A stretch of DNA of 64,000 nt from a virus (Duplodnaviria; Caudoviricetes), in IMG/VR virus record IMGVR_UViG_3300044856_000241, positions 64,001-128,000 of that record; one strand, 5' to 3'. The position numbers were made by a program, and so were the translations under genes. The first letter of the stretch is position 1. Every line of letters begins with the position of its first letter. Below are positions 17,897-29,437 of the stretch, one piece after another. A model generated the notes under the pieces. It was not told where the DNA came from, did not search any database, and worked only from the letters and a program-made list of their open reading frames with translations.

Positions 17897-20501
17897 TCCT
17901 TTTACCTCCAACTTTTTTATTATTTACAGCCTTTCTTATAAGATCGACTGGAATAACCATAAATGCTAAAATTACAATCACTGCCCAATGTCTAAAATCT
18001 AAAGCAGTCAATTTTACAAGATTTTCTGCGAAGTTGCAAAGAATAATAGTCATTGCAAAAATTCCAATTGCAATTACCGAGAACAATTTATTCTTTCCAA
18101 TACCATGAAACAGATTCATATGCTCTGTGCGAATATTAAATCCATTAAATATAGCCATAAAACATAACAGAGCAAATCTTGCTGTCATAGCTTCTGTTTC
18201 AGTTGCAAACATATTTGCTACCGGACTGAATGTAATAATTCCATAAAGTACAATAAAAGCTACCATACTAATCGCAATACGTTTCTTTGCTCCTCTGATA
18301 AATAAACTAGAACCCTTTTTAATAGGCTTTTCTGTCATATATTCTTCTTTTGGTGGTTCTCCGCCAAATGATAATGAATTAAGTGAATCCATAATAATGT
18401 TTACAATCAGAATCTGAACAGATGCAAGCAACGCACCTGTTGCAATCATCGGATAAATAACACTAAGAATAAGAAGTGAAATATTAATTGGTAACTGGAA
18501 TTCAAGAAACATCATGATATTATGCATAAATGTTCGTCCAAGCTCTACTGCTTTTACAACACTTGCAAAGTTGTCATCTGTCAGTACAATATCAGAAGCT
18601 TCTTTTGCTACATCTGAACCACCCTGCATTCCAAATCCAACATCTGCTCTTTTTAGTGCCGGTGAATCATTTACCCCATCGCCAGTCATAGCAACTGATT
18701 TTCCAATATCTTGTGCTAATGTCACAAGTCTTAATTTTGTATTAGGTGAACATCTGGAAATAACTCTCAGTCGTGGAATGATGCTTTTTACTTCATCATC
18801 TGACATTGCTTCAAATTCATCATTCGTAAGTGCTAAATCTCCATCTTTATAAATTCCACATTCTGTAGCAACTGCAACGGCTGTCTCAATACAATCTCCT
18901 GTGATTTCGATAACCTGAATACCAGCTTCATGTGCTGTTTTTACTGCATCTGGTACTTCTTCTCTAATAGGATCTACAACTCCGATAATTCCAAGAAACG
19001 TCATATCATTTGGTAATTCATTCTCCACTAAATCACCGTCAGCCATAGTTAAAGCGATACATCTCATAGATTTCTTTGTCATTACTGTAATCGCATCATT
19101 CAATACACTGTAGTCACTATTTTCTACAACTTCACCATCTGAGTTCATCGCTTTAGTACAATGTTCGATCAGTTTTTCTGGTGCGCCCTTATAATATGTA
19201 ATTCCTTGTTTTAATGTAATAGCTGAATATTTATTACTACTATTAAATACCTGCTTTGTTTTAATCGTGAAAGCTTCTTGAGTTTGTGCATATCTTTTAA
19301 AACTTACAAGACTAAGTACGGCTCTATCAATTGAATTGCCACCTGTAATATTATTCTCTGAATCAAATGTTGCACTGTTGTTTAAACAAATATTGTCTTC
19401 AATATTACTCCAAAGAACTGAGTCTCTTTTCACTTCATTTCCAGACCCATCAATAATCTTCTTTGGTGTCATCACACCAGTCGTTAATGTACCTGTTTTA
19501 TCTGTGCAGATAATATCTACATATGCTAACTCTGGAATTTTGCCAGGATTCTTTGCCAGAATATTGAACTTTTCCATTGTCTTTACATTCTGTTTTGTTA
19601 CAAGTTTTACGATTAGCGGAAGACCTTCCGGTACAGCGGCTACAATAATTGTCAACGCAACTGAGAAGTTCTGCGCAATTTTCTGAATAATATCAAAAAC
19701 TCCACCACCAAAATATTCTCCAAAACCAGTCTGTACAATTCCAGAAACTGTTAATACTACAAATGTAATAACAGCTGCGATTGTTCCCCACTTAGAAATA
19801 AAATTACTTAAATTGTCAAGTGCAATATCAAGTGCTGTCTTTGGTGCTTCAAGAGTCTGCATTTTAATGAGTGTATCACCGTTGACTGTATTTACACCCA
19901 CATCGGTAACAATCATCTTTCCTTCACCAGACATTACAGTTGTACCAGCAAATAAGCAATTCTGATTTGTATAAGCATCTGTTGAAGTAGTTTTTACATA
20001 TTTATATCCTTCAACTGGTGTTTTCTTACACTCTTTTGTTTCTCCGTTGATAGCAGCGTTATTAACAGAAATCTTACCTTCAATAAGATAACCATCTGCA
20101 AAGATTTCTTGTCCCATTCCTACGCAAACAACATCACCAACCACTAATTCATCTTTGTTGATTGTCTGGACTTTACCATTTCGGATTACATCACAATACC
20201 TAACGGATGTTTTTGCTCTCAATTCTGCTGCTGACTTTTGAACTCCCAGTCCAGTCTTTACAGCAATACATGTTACGATTGCTAATACGACAAGAATCAT
20301 AATCGGATCTGATAAATCCATTACACCAAAGATTCCAAGGAACAACTGCAACACTGCAATTGCAATAAGAATCATTGTGATTTTCTCAGTTAACGCTTCT
20401 TTGGCAAAATCGTACCACTTGTTCAATTTTGGTTCAGGAAGTTTGTTACTTCCATGAAGTTCCCTGCTTTTAAGAACTTCTTTACTACTTAATCCATTCA
20501 T
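17886..20501 (-). CDS. P-type (IIB/PMCA-like) Ca2+-transporting ATPase
   Basis: VPEGLPL, DKTGTLT, KGAPE, TGD, TGDGVNDSPALK; about 10 TM segments; actuator motif INGET instead of TGES. Confidence 0.93.
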   Translation of the reverse strand: MNGLSSKEVLKSRELHGSNKLPEPKLNKWYDFAKEALTEKITMILIAIAVLQLFLGIFGVMDLSDPIMILVVLAIVTCIAVKTGLGVQKSAAELRAKTSVRYCDVIRNGKVQTINKDELVVGDVVCVGMGQEIFADGYLIEGKISVNNAAINGETKECKKTPVEGYKYVKTTSTDAYTNQNCLFAGTTVMSGEGKMIVTDVGVNTVNGDTLIKMQTLEAPKTALDIALDNLSNFISKWGTIAAVITFVVLTVSGIVQTGFGEYFGGGVFDIIQKIAQNFSVALTIIVAAVPEGLPLIVKLVTKQNVKTMEKFNILAKNPGKIPELAYVDIICTDKTGTLTTGVMTPKKIIDGSGNEVKRDSVLWSNIEDNICLNNSATFDSENNITGGNSIDRAVLSLVSFKRYAQTQEAFTIKTKQVFNSSNKYSAITLKQGITYYKGAPEKLIEHCTKAMNSDGEVVENSDYSVLNDAITVMTKKSMRCIALTMADGDLVENELPNDMTFLGIIGVVDPIREEVPDAVKTAHEAGIQVIEITGDCIETAVAVATECGIYKDGDLALTNDEFEAMSDDEVKSIIPRLRVISRCSPNTKLRLVTLAQDIGKSVAMTGDGVNDSPALKRADVGFGMQGGSDVAKEASDIVLTDDNFASVVKAVELGRTFMHNIMMFLEFQLPINISLLILSVIYPMIATGALLASVQILIVNIIMDSLNSLSFGGEPPKEEYMTEKPIKKGSSLFIRGAKKRIAISMVAFIVLYGIITFSPVANMFATETEAMTARFALLCFMAIFNGFNIRTEHMNLFHGIGKNKLFSVIAIGIFAMTIILCNFAENLVKLTALDFRHWAVIVILAFMVIPVDLIRKAVNNKKVGGKRNVN

Positions 20502-20580
20502 TTGTGCTCTCCTTTTTATTTTTATATGTTAATTGATTACATATCTATATTCTCTACTGTCTTTTGAAATATTCGTTTCA

Positions 20581-22297
20581 TCAGTACTCAACAATCTGGC
20601 ACTCTACACTTTCATCAGCTTTCTCAATTGAATCATAACAAATGATAATTTCTGGATTCCAATTAGCTTCGTCTTTATTCGGACTTTTAATTCCACAAGC
20701 ACACCAGTTTGGTTTGATTTTGTCACACTGTTTGAGCAATTGTTTTAATGTAATGTCTTCCGGTGCTTCCGCTAGAAAAGCAATATCACAACCGTTCAGC
20801 CAGAATTTAATCGTGTCAGCCATTAACACCACCGGCTCCTTCCATATAATCTATTCTCTATTGATTCTTTCAAAGTATTAATAATCCACTCAACATTATT
20901 CTCATCTTCGAACCAAGTTTCAGTAATTTCTTCTAATGGCAAATTAATGCAGTCTAACTCTTCTCGTACTTTACTTCGTAAACCGTCTTTTACAATCTCT
21001 CTCAGCTCCTCATTAGAAACTGATTTTGCTGCTTCACGAAATCTATCAGCAATCGGTTTGAGTGAAATATAATCTTCTGTTTGTTTACTCATTTGTTTCC
21101 TCTTTTCTCATAGACAACACATACGGCGTGTTTTTGAACTTAAGTTGATATTCTCCGCTTTCACTATGGACTTCTTCTCCATATTTTTGGATGAACCAAT
21201 CAAATACAGCTCTTATTGCCATATCTGTTACATCTTCTTTTTCTCCAACCCATTCGTCATCCTTAAGCATTCCACAATAAATCGTTCCTGTGATTGGACT
21301 TACACCCATTGATTTTCCTGAATTATTGTTCATAATTCTTTATCCTTCAATCGCTTTTTCAAGTTCTTATTTTCTTCTTCCAAAACTTCAATTTTTTCTT
21401 CCAAGATGTCATTATGATTATCAACAACAGCTAATTCATCTTCTATATTAGATAGAGCATATTCCAAATCCACTAAGTTAGATTCCAACTCTTCATATTC
21501 TTCATCAGTGTGTTCTGGAATTATTTTTTCAATAATATCTGCAAGATCTGGATTATAATAGTCTCTAACAACAGAAACTACGTCGTCCAAATCTTGCACA
21601 GACAACCAAATATCATTCACAAGTATCATAGTTATGTATTCTCCTTCGGTTTTGTCATTCTTGAGAGATATCCTCTGATCAGAATTTCTTTCAAATCATC
21701 TCCATGAATACTGGTAATATCACAGAATACTCCAAGAATCTCTGTTTCTTCATGAGTCATCGCATGATAATTACAACTGTCTCCAACTTGATTATCACTC
21801 AATTGAATCTTATTGTCTGTAAACCAGTTGTTGATTAACGCGTTGATTAGCCTTTCTGTAACTATATAAGACATAATAATCTACTCCTTATTCTTGTTCC
21901 CATCAAACCACCAGTCACGAAAATTCTCGGCACACATATTTTTACATAATTTATCTGCACTGGCATTAACTTCTCTTCCTCTAATTTTAATTGATTCTTC
22001 TTTTATCGTAGTGTACTTATCTTCCATATCTAAGTTCACACCTTCAGTAATTATGTTCCAATTGCCTGTTCCTGTGAATACTGGTTGACGTTCTATATAG
22101 AACCATCTTTTGTATTTTTCTTTTGCTTCTTCATCATTTGTTGCATAAATATATTTCACATTTCGGAAAATACTATAATCGTCATTTTCTCTATTTTTCT
22201 TTAAAAATGCTGGTTTATTATAAATAAAACTTTGATGTGTGCCCACTTCAAAAAGTGGCATAATTATCACCTCTACTTCCTTTATAAAATGTCTCAT
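20581..22297 (-). CDS. run of six small hypothetical genes (20581-20832, 20823-21092, 21085-21333, 21330-21629, 21632-21874, 21881-22297)
   Basis: Overlapping stop/start junctions; no recognisable motifs. Confidence 0.6.
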
Positions 22298-22461
22298 TTA
22301 TCTGGTTACTTATTTATTCTCTTTTACAAAAACTTTTAATCCACTTCTTTGTGCTCTAAGGGTCGGAGCATAACCGTTTAAGAATTTCACACCACAAAAA
22401 CCAGTATTTGTATCATCAATACAGATATTAGTAATATCGTTGTCTTCATGTTCATATTTAT

Positions 22462-24018
22462 TTAAGATATGGGGGAAAATTCTCCGCAATTAATACTTTC
22501 ATATAATCTGTCTAAACCAGCCTCAAAAGCACCAATGCCTGAGAAGAAACTACCAAGTCGTAAATCTGTGAATAAATAAGGCATTGCCTTATATAATTCA
22601 ACTAATATGTAATAAAGCACATCAACAACAATTGAATTACCAGATTGTTTATATAACTGACTATTACTACATACTTTCTCAGCTGCATTAAAAGCTTCAT
22701 CAGAAAATCCCATAAGTCTGAAACATTCTCTCGGTGTAAGCTTACGAATCCTAATTGGTGATTCAATTTTGCATACTCCAGTTTCTGTAGCTGTCAATGT
22801 AGGACAAATATTTCCACCCTCTTGAACTCTTCCTCTTCTTGTCTTAGACTCAGGATAAGATAAATCTGCAACACCACCGATTTCACACTCAATATATCCT
22901 TTTTTAGTAGCTTGGCGGATTGCGATCTTACTACCCTCACCTTTATTTGTCGTGACAGTTGGGGCTAATCCGTCTGTATCAAAAACATTGCCATTCATTC
23001 CTTTGCCAGATGGATTAATATTACCTATGCATTCGAGAACAGCTGTCCCTTCAGATTTTCTATTAGAAATGCCTCTATCTTCTCTAGCAGTTATACAATT
23101 TGCATATTCAATTTGTTTTGTATCATTGTAATATTTATCAATGCCTTGTAAAATATGTGGTTGTCTGCCACCACCTTGCATAGTTGTTAATGTTGGTGAA
23201 ATATTATTTGTGTCCCACACACCACCTGCATAACCAGTCCCAAAGTCTGGTCTGTTTATATTTCCTACAAATTTAGGAGAATTCTCACCTTCATCCAATT
23301 TATCAATATATAAAGTTTTTAAAAACTTCTGTGTCTTTTCTTCTGATACATAAAATTTCTCATCGACTACATCTTCCAAAATATCTTTTAACCTAATTCC
23401 ATTATCAAATGGCTCTGGAAATTTAAACTGACCATTATCAAAATCTTTTTTAATAAAAATCAAGTAAACACGTTCACGATTTTGAGGGATTCCATAATTT
23501 TTGGCATTGAGCACTTTCCAATATACGTTATAACCATACTCCTCTAATTCATTTGTGAATAATTTAAAAGTTGTATCTTTGAATTGTTTTCCAACAATAT
23601 TTTTGACATTCTCATACATACCGAAGCTTGGTTTATTCGATCTAATTATTCTCAAATATTCTACAAGCAATGATGATCTTGTTTTCTCAATATTATTACT
23701 TCCACAGCAAGGACATTTATCTCGTTCTGACCAATGAACTGTTAACGGATTATATATTTCACCGCAATCTTTACACGTCCATACAGAACCCTTTTGTTTA
23801 CCAGCTACACTGAAATCCTGACACGGTGATCCTCCACACATCATTGTAAAATGCGGTAATCGAGATTCATCTACTTTTGTAATATCTCCAAGATTTAAAC
23901 TCTCATCTACATTGTGAATTGCACAATATGACGCTGTCGCATATTTATCAAATTCACAAAAATTTACCAGTTCCCATTTCTTTCCTAATGAATTTTCATT
24001 TTCAAGTCTTTCTTCCAA
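22462..24018 (-). CDS. DNA (cytosine-5) methyltransferase, circularly permuted, multi-TRD
   Basis: CEFDKYA, GDITK, GGSPCQDFS, ENVKN, PQNRERVY, RKLTPRECFRLMGF, KQSGNS, then motif I FFSGIGAFE at the C-terminus. Confidence 0.93.
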   Translation of the reverse strand: MEERLENENSLGKKWELVNFCEFDKYATASYCAIHNVDESLNLGDITKVDESRLPHFTMMCGGSPCQDFSVAGKQKGSVWTCKDCGEIYNPLTVHWSERDKCPCCGSNNIEKTRSSLLVEYLRIIRSNKPSFGMYENVKNIVGKQFKDTTFKLFTNELEEYGYNVYWKVLNAKNYGIPQNRERVYLIFIKKDFDNGQFKFPEPFDNGIRLKDILEDVVDEKFYVSEEKTQKFLKTLYIDKLDEGENSPKFVGNINRPDFGTGYAGGVWDTNNISPTLTTMQGGGRQPHILQGIDKYYNDTKQIEYANCITAREDRGISNRKSEGTAVLECIGNINPSGKGMNGNVFDTDGLAPTVTTNKGEGSKIAIRQATKKGYIECEIGGVADLSYPESKTRRGRVQEGGNICPTLTATETGVCKIESPIRIRKLTPRECFRLMGFSDEAFNAAEKVCSNSQLYKQSGNSIVVDVLYYILVELYKAMPYLFTDLRLGSFFSGIGAFEAGLDRLYESINCGEFSPIS

Positions 24019-24218
24019 ATTCCTTTATTTATGGGGATTGCGCAATCTCTTTATCCTAGGTTTACCAATTTCCTTTCTTATTGATTTTTAAAAATGTGAA
24101 AATTACTGGCACTGCAGCTGCCAGAATAAAAATGAAATTTAATTTGAATTATTTAGATCAATATTGATATGCTAATAGATTGATATTTTCCACCCAATGA
24201 AAAACAAATTTCAGCTGA

Positions 24219-27200
24219 CTATTTCTCCGTCAGTTCACTGACAAAACGATAAAATTCTTCTAATTTACTTTTTGGAATACTAACTTTCACATCTTTCCAA
24301 ACATCGAGACTGTCAAAATATTCTTTGATTTCTTTCTGCTCTGCTTCCCAGTCAATATTATTACTGCTATATAAATCCCTTAACGAATCTTCAAGATAGT
24401 CCCCATCGCATCTATTCCACCCACACTTTGCATATTCTTCATCTGTATTCCATTCACTTTGGATTTCAATGTCTCCGTGTGTGTCACTATATTTTCCATC
24501 TAACTCACCACAATATCCTCTTTCTGGGAAAATATCTTTAAGCTGTTCATATGAAGATTTCTTAATCCAGATATTATCTTCATAAGTTGCATTACTATAA
24601 TATGATTCTCCATATAAGCAAACATTTACTAATTCCATACTTACTTCTCTCCTTTATTCTCTTTCAGTGCTCCAATAGCTCTGAGTGTCTGTACTGCACA
24701 AATACGTGCAGAAATCGGATCTAAATTTGCTTTCTTAGCAAATTCGTCAATGAAACGATCCATACCTTTATAATAAGCATCTAAATTATAATTCTTTGAC
24801 ATAATTACTCATTTACCTCTTCAATTTTGAATTCCATATCATCATAACTTGCATCCTCAAGCGAATAATCATCCAGCTCAAAATCAAGATAATCAGTGTA
24901 TCCTTCATTTTTCAATTTATTTAAAGCATCCTCTTTTGACTCTGCTTCAATAATACCTTCTCTGTGACCATATCTCAGATACCCCATCACATACTCGGCA
25001 TCCTGTGTTACTCTAAATTTTTTCATCTAATATTCCTCCCTACATTTTCAATAATGCAGCAATGTCATCCAATTCTAGCTCTGTTTTCTTATCCTCGGAT
25101 AACAGTTTGTCCAGTTTTGCTTCCATAGCTTTTAATTCATTCTGTTTCTGTTTTATTTCATGAATCTCTAATTTTTTATTGATATCACTAATCCAATCAT
25201 CCAGACTGTATCCAGAAATTTTGAAATCAGTAATCTTCATATCAATTACTGCCATTTTGTATGTATACAGTTGAATTTTTAGAAATGTTAAAGACTCATC
25301 ATTTAATACATTCAGATTGTAAGTTGTCCCATCCAGTATAAGAATACAATTTGTCTCTGGAGAAAACTTTGTATTTTTCTCCATAAGTGCAGTTTTCTTC
25401 TCGTCAATCTGCTTTTTTAATTCTAAAATTCTGTCATCATTCTTACTCATCTTTCAACTGTCCTCTCTTCTTATATTCTCTGCCATTTTGCAAATACGTT
25501 TGAACATATTCTGGTTTCATTTTTTCAAAAATCTCCTCTAACGAAACTGGGATCATTTCCTTTTCTCCATATTTATTTGTTTCAAATGGAAAAATATCGC
25601 AAAATTTGTGGTTCCACATGCTTATTTTTTCATATATAACATATCCAGAACCCGTCTTACTTTTACGTATTTTATAATCCTTATATTCTCCTAGATATTT
25701 ACTTATAAAGAATCCATAGCCCCAATAATTAAAGTTATCTCTAAATCCATCAATTGTGTATGAAGCAATTTTATCTTTCGTTTTATCATATGGCGAATAC
25801 TCGGAATCTCCTTCCATTTTATAAAATAAATCAGCATAATTATCATTGCACTTATCATCTAAGCAATCAATAATCTTATTTTTAGGAAAAGATTTTTGAT
25901 GGAAAAAGTAACTACCATCATAGAACCAATAATGTTTACCTTGTGGCTGTGGATCATAATGTAAGCCACTATATGCATTAAATCGCCCCATATAAATCCA
26001 ATGTTCATTATCTTTTGTAAGATAAGTTTCACCAACTACAACGTCTTTTGCAGATATCATCTTATTCTCTTTTACTTTGTCACTATATGAAACCATCTCT
26101 TTATAATCTGGTGATTCTACAGGAATAAGCACTAAGTCCTTGCCGTCCCATCCATAGATAAGTTCACCCTCAATACCCTTTCCTTTGATACATGAAGTAT
26201 TCTCCAGAATATAAAGTAAATTTTCAATTGTAATTTCAAATTCAAATCCGCGCGGATCATACACGCGGCAATATGATTTTCTTACATCCCAACCCCAAGA
26301 GTTCTCAACTCCACCGGCATGTTTATTCAGAACAAAGCCTTCTGTTGGAATATTTTCAAATTCATCATTTGGAATATTTTCGTCTCTCCATCCATTCCAG
26401 GACTTCTCTTTTCGTAATACACCTTTTTCATCCCAGTAAATTACATAAGCCAGTTTTCCGGTATATGTATCTTGGCGTTGCTGATATCCGACATTTATTT
26501 TCTTCGGAATATATATCGCTGACTTCATTTATTTTTCACCTCTATTTAATTATTCTCTATAACTTTTATGAAATTTTGAGCGAACTGCTCATAAGATTTA
26601 ATACGGTTTCCGTCTGCATCCAAGATAATCCGGAAAGAAAGAAGTATCATATGTATCTACAAAATCATCATGACAAATTACACCATGCTCCAAATCGTTC
26701 ATCCAATTGATTAATTCATGCAATATATTATCAAACTGATCTGGTTCAGGATAATATACAAAACCAATGTCATAATCATCATGATCATGTAAAACTATTT
26801 GAATTGTATACTCTGTATCACCCCAGGCATTTTCTTTTTCTTTCCATGCTATAAGTGACATCCATGTACGACCACAAAATAGATCTGGTCTGTCAAAATG
26901 TATATCTGCTACGACTCGTAAAAATTCAACATTGAACTTTTTATGATACGAATGTCTAATTATCTGCATTTTATTTCTCCTGTAAATTCATAACATTCTT
27001 TCTTGTTCTCAAAAAATGCCAAAATTTGTTCTGCTCTTATGTATCTACGCTCCCTATTCTTGCACTTTACAACAAGAAGTTCAGATTCCAATATTGTATC
27101 TTCAATCCAGCCGTGCATGATTTTATTTATTCCTCGTTGCTCAAATGCGATCCATTTCCCAACAAATGTAGAATAATCTTTTTTAACAATATAGCCATGA

Positions 27201-27950
27201 CTTTCCAAATATTCTTTTGCAGAATTTATCCGCTGTTCATACGTTAATCCCATTTTATTTCCTCCAAATATTCTGCCAGAACTTCTGGATCTTCTCTCAT
27301 CTCCGGTGCTTTCAATCCATAAATTGCTACGACAATTTTTGCAATACATTTATTACATATTTCTTTTTTTGAAGATTTTATTCCGTACCAATTTACTTTT
27401 GGAGCATATTCCATATCTTCACGGCTAAAAATATTCGACATATCAGCAATATATGATTCTAATTGTGGTACAATGATTTTTCGTGTATAATCCAGTCTCC
27501 CACAAATAGCGCATTTATGTATCATTATTTCTCCTCCGATGGAAGCATGATTTTATCGGGGAAATCGACCTCGAAAACTCTTGATTTTACTACGTCCCAA
27601 GATTCCCACTTCCCAAAATCAAACATTTTAGGAACTAAACTTGAATAAATAAGCATTTTTTTCGTTTCTGTGTCAATATCAGAATCAATTACTAATCCAT
27701 GATTCTTACATCCACGAATACTTTCATTCGGCATAATTACTTTTAACTTGCTAAAGCTGGTAAAATCAATTATAAATGCGCCATAGTGGGTTTTATAATA
27801 TTTTGAAATATAGTACATGCGCATTGTTCTTAACAGAGTATCACATACAGCTTTAAAATGATCTTCTGAAGCAACATATACTCCACATCTGTAATTCTCC
27901 ATAGTAATACATAACTCAACTTGTTTTCTCAACGCTTCTTCTAGTGTCAT
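24219..27950 (-). CDS. run of hypothetical genes (24219-24638, 24805-25026, 25040-25450, 25443-26528, 26598-26969, 26960-~27253, 27244-27525, 27525-~27950)
   Basis: Tightly packed minus-strand ORFs with RBSs. Confidence 0.6.
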
Positions 27951-28552
27951 ACACTCACCTCCGACATAATTTCTGCCAACGTCCTCGGTGTATAATCCAT
28001 ATACGGCATCATACATCCAACGTTATAAGCTGCACATTTAATGTTATATACGTTATTTAGTTTTGAAATATAATCCTGGAAAATTGTTTGCTCATAAGAA
28101 TTATGAACATGCCCGTATAACTGAATCGCCCAGACTGTCTGTTTATCACCATCTCTTCGTAACTGATGCTGATGATTCCAGAACATAAACGGAAAATGAG
28201 ACAAGACTAAATGATATTCCTTACCGTTGATTCGATCTTTGATTTCTTTATAATCAACAATCTCTGTAAATAGCTGTCTATATCTCTGATCTTTACATCG
28301 ATCATGATTACCAAGAATTAGATGCTTATTTCCTCGCAATGTACTTACGAAAGTAATCGCATCTTCATTTTCTTTCCAGGATAAATCACCAAGGATATAA
28401 ACATGATCAGCATTTGTAACTGTATTATTCCAGTTCTTTTTTATTGTCTCATGCATCTGCTCCAAATTATCAAACGGACGGAAATCAAAATTACTGCCCG
28501 CTTTTGTTACATTCTTATGGAATAAATGCAAATCACTTATGTAATAATTCAT
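27947..28552 (-). CDS. calcineurin-like metallophosphoesterase
   Basis: SDLH, LGD, GNHD, SHFP, GHVH. Confidence 0.92.
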   Translation of the reverse strand: MNYYISDLHLFHKNVTKAGSNFDFRPFDNLEQMHETIKKNWNNTVTNADHVYILGDLSWKENEDAITFVSTLRGNKHLILGNHDRCKDQRYRQLFTEIVDYKEIKDRINGKEYHLVLSHFPFMFWNHQHQLRRDGDKQTVWAIQLYGHVHNSYEQTIFQDYISKLNNVYNIKCAAYNVGCMMPYMDYTPRTLAEIMSEVSV

Positions 28553-29431
28553 TTATTCTGTTGCCTCAATATAAACCAGTTCGTCAATATATTTCCTTCC
28601 ATCTCCTTTAAAGATTGGAATTTCCGTATCAATAATCCACTCGCGCTCTGATTTCTTTGGATTTCTAAGTTCACATGTTTCCTTTCCGTCCGCGGACACA
28701 CTTATAACACGGCGATTTCTGACGCAACAACTTCCTCTCTTGTATGAAGTTTTCAAATCATTCCAATTAATACCTTTTTGAGTCATCAGCATATCTTGAA
28801 TTTGATTACGCGTCTTATGCTGCAGTTCCTTGTGACTAAAATTAGCCTGCCCAACCATCTGAATAGAATTGCGTGTTGCGTCAAGCTGCCTCCAATATAA
28901 GCAGTTTGTTACTTCCTCTTTTGGAATATTGAAACACCGGCAATCGAACATTGCGCCTTTATCAACTGCTTTAGAATATGTTTCGCATATTTCGTATTCT
29001 GGTGTCCCCTTACCGTACCAACCATTAGTTTCATGTTCTATCGCATAATCCTGTTCGAGATTGTAAAAATTATTAGCGAAGAATTTATTAAATGCCATCG
29101 TAGCCATACTCGCTGCAATGCTGCAAAGTTTATCAACTCTATATTCGAAAAAACAATCCGAATTCAATTTCTCATAATCGACCAAAACTAATGTAATCTC
29201 ATCACTCTGCTGATATGAGCATTTGACATTCTGCATATTTTCACACAAATATTTTGCGGTTTCTTGCATTGCCTTAATAAATATTTCATCAAATGGTCTT
29301 TGAAACCCCCTTGTAAACGAGTGTCCAGACCTCATATCTAGCCGAAGAATTACCGGCATTCTACGCTGAAGATAATATCTATTTCTTCGTTCATAGTCTT
29401 TCATTCTTTTTGCCAAATCACTTGTATCCAT
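28553..29431 (-). CDS. thg1: tRNA-His guanylyltransferase / Thg1-like 3'-5' polymerase
   Basis: LRLD..GHSFT, QSDEI, FDCR, WRQLDATRNS. Confidence 0.92.
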   Translation of the reverse strand: MDTSDLAKRMKDYERRNRYYLQRRMPVILRLDMRSGHSFTRGFQRPFDEIFIKAMQETAKYLCENMQNVKCSYQQSDEITLVLVDYEKLNSDCFFEYRVDKLCSIAASMATMAFNKFFANNFYNLEQDYAIEHETNGWYGKGTPEYEICETYSKAVDKGAMFDCRCFNIPKEEVTNCLYWRQLDATRNSIQMVGQANFSHKELQHKTRNQIQDMLMTQKGINWNDLKTSYKRGSCCVRNRRVISVSADGKETCELRNPKKSEREWIIDTEIPIFKGDGRKYIDELVYIEATE

Positions 29432-29437
29432 AGGGTA

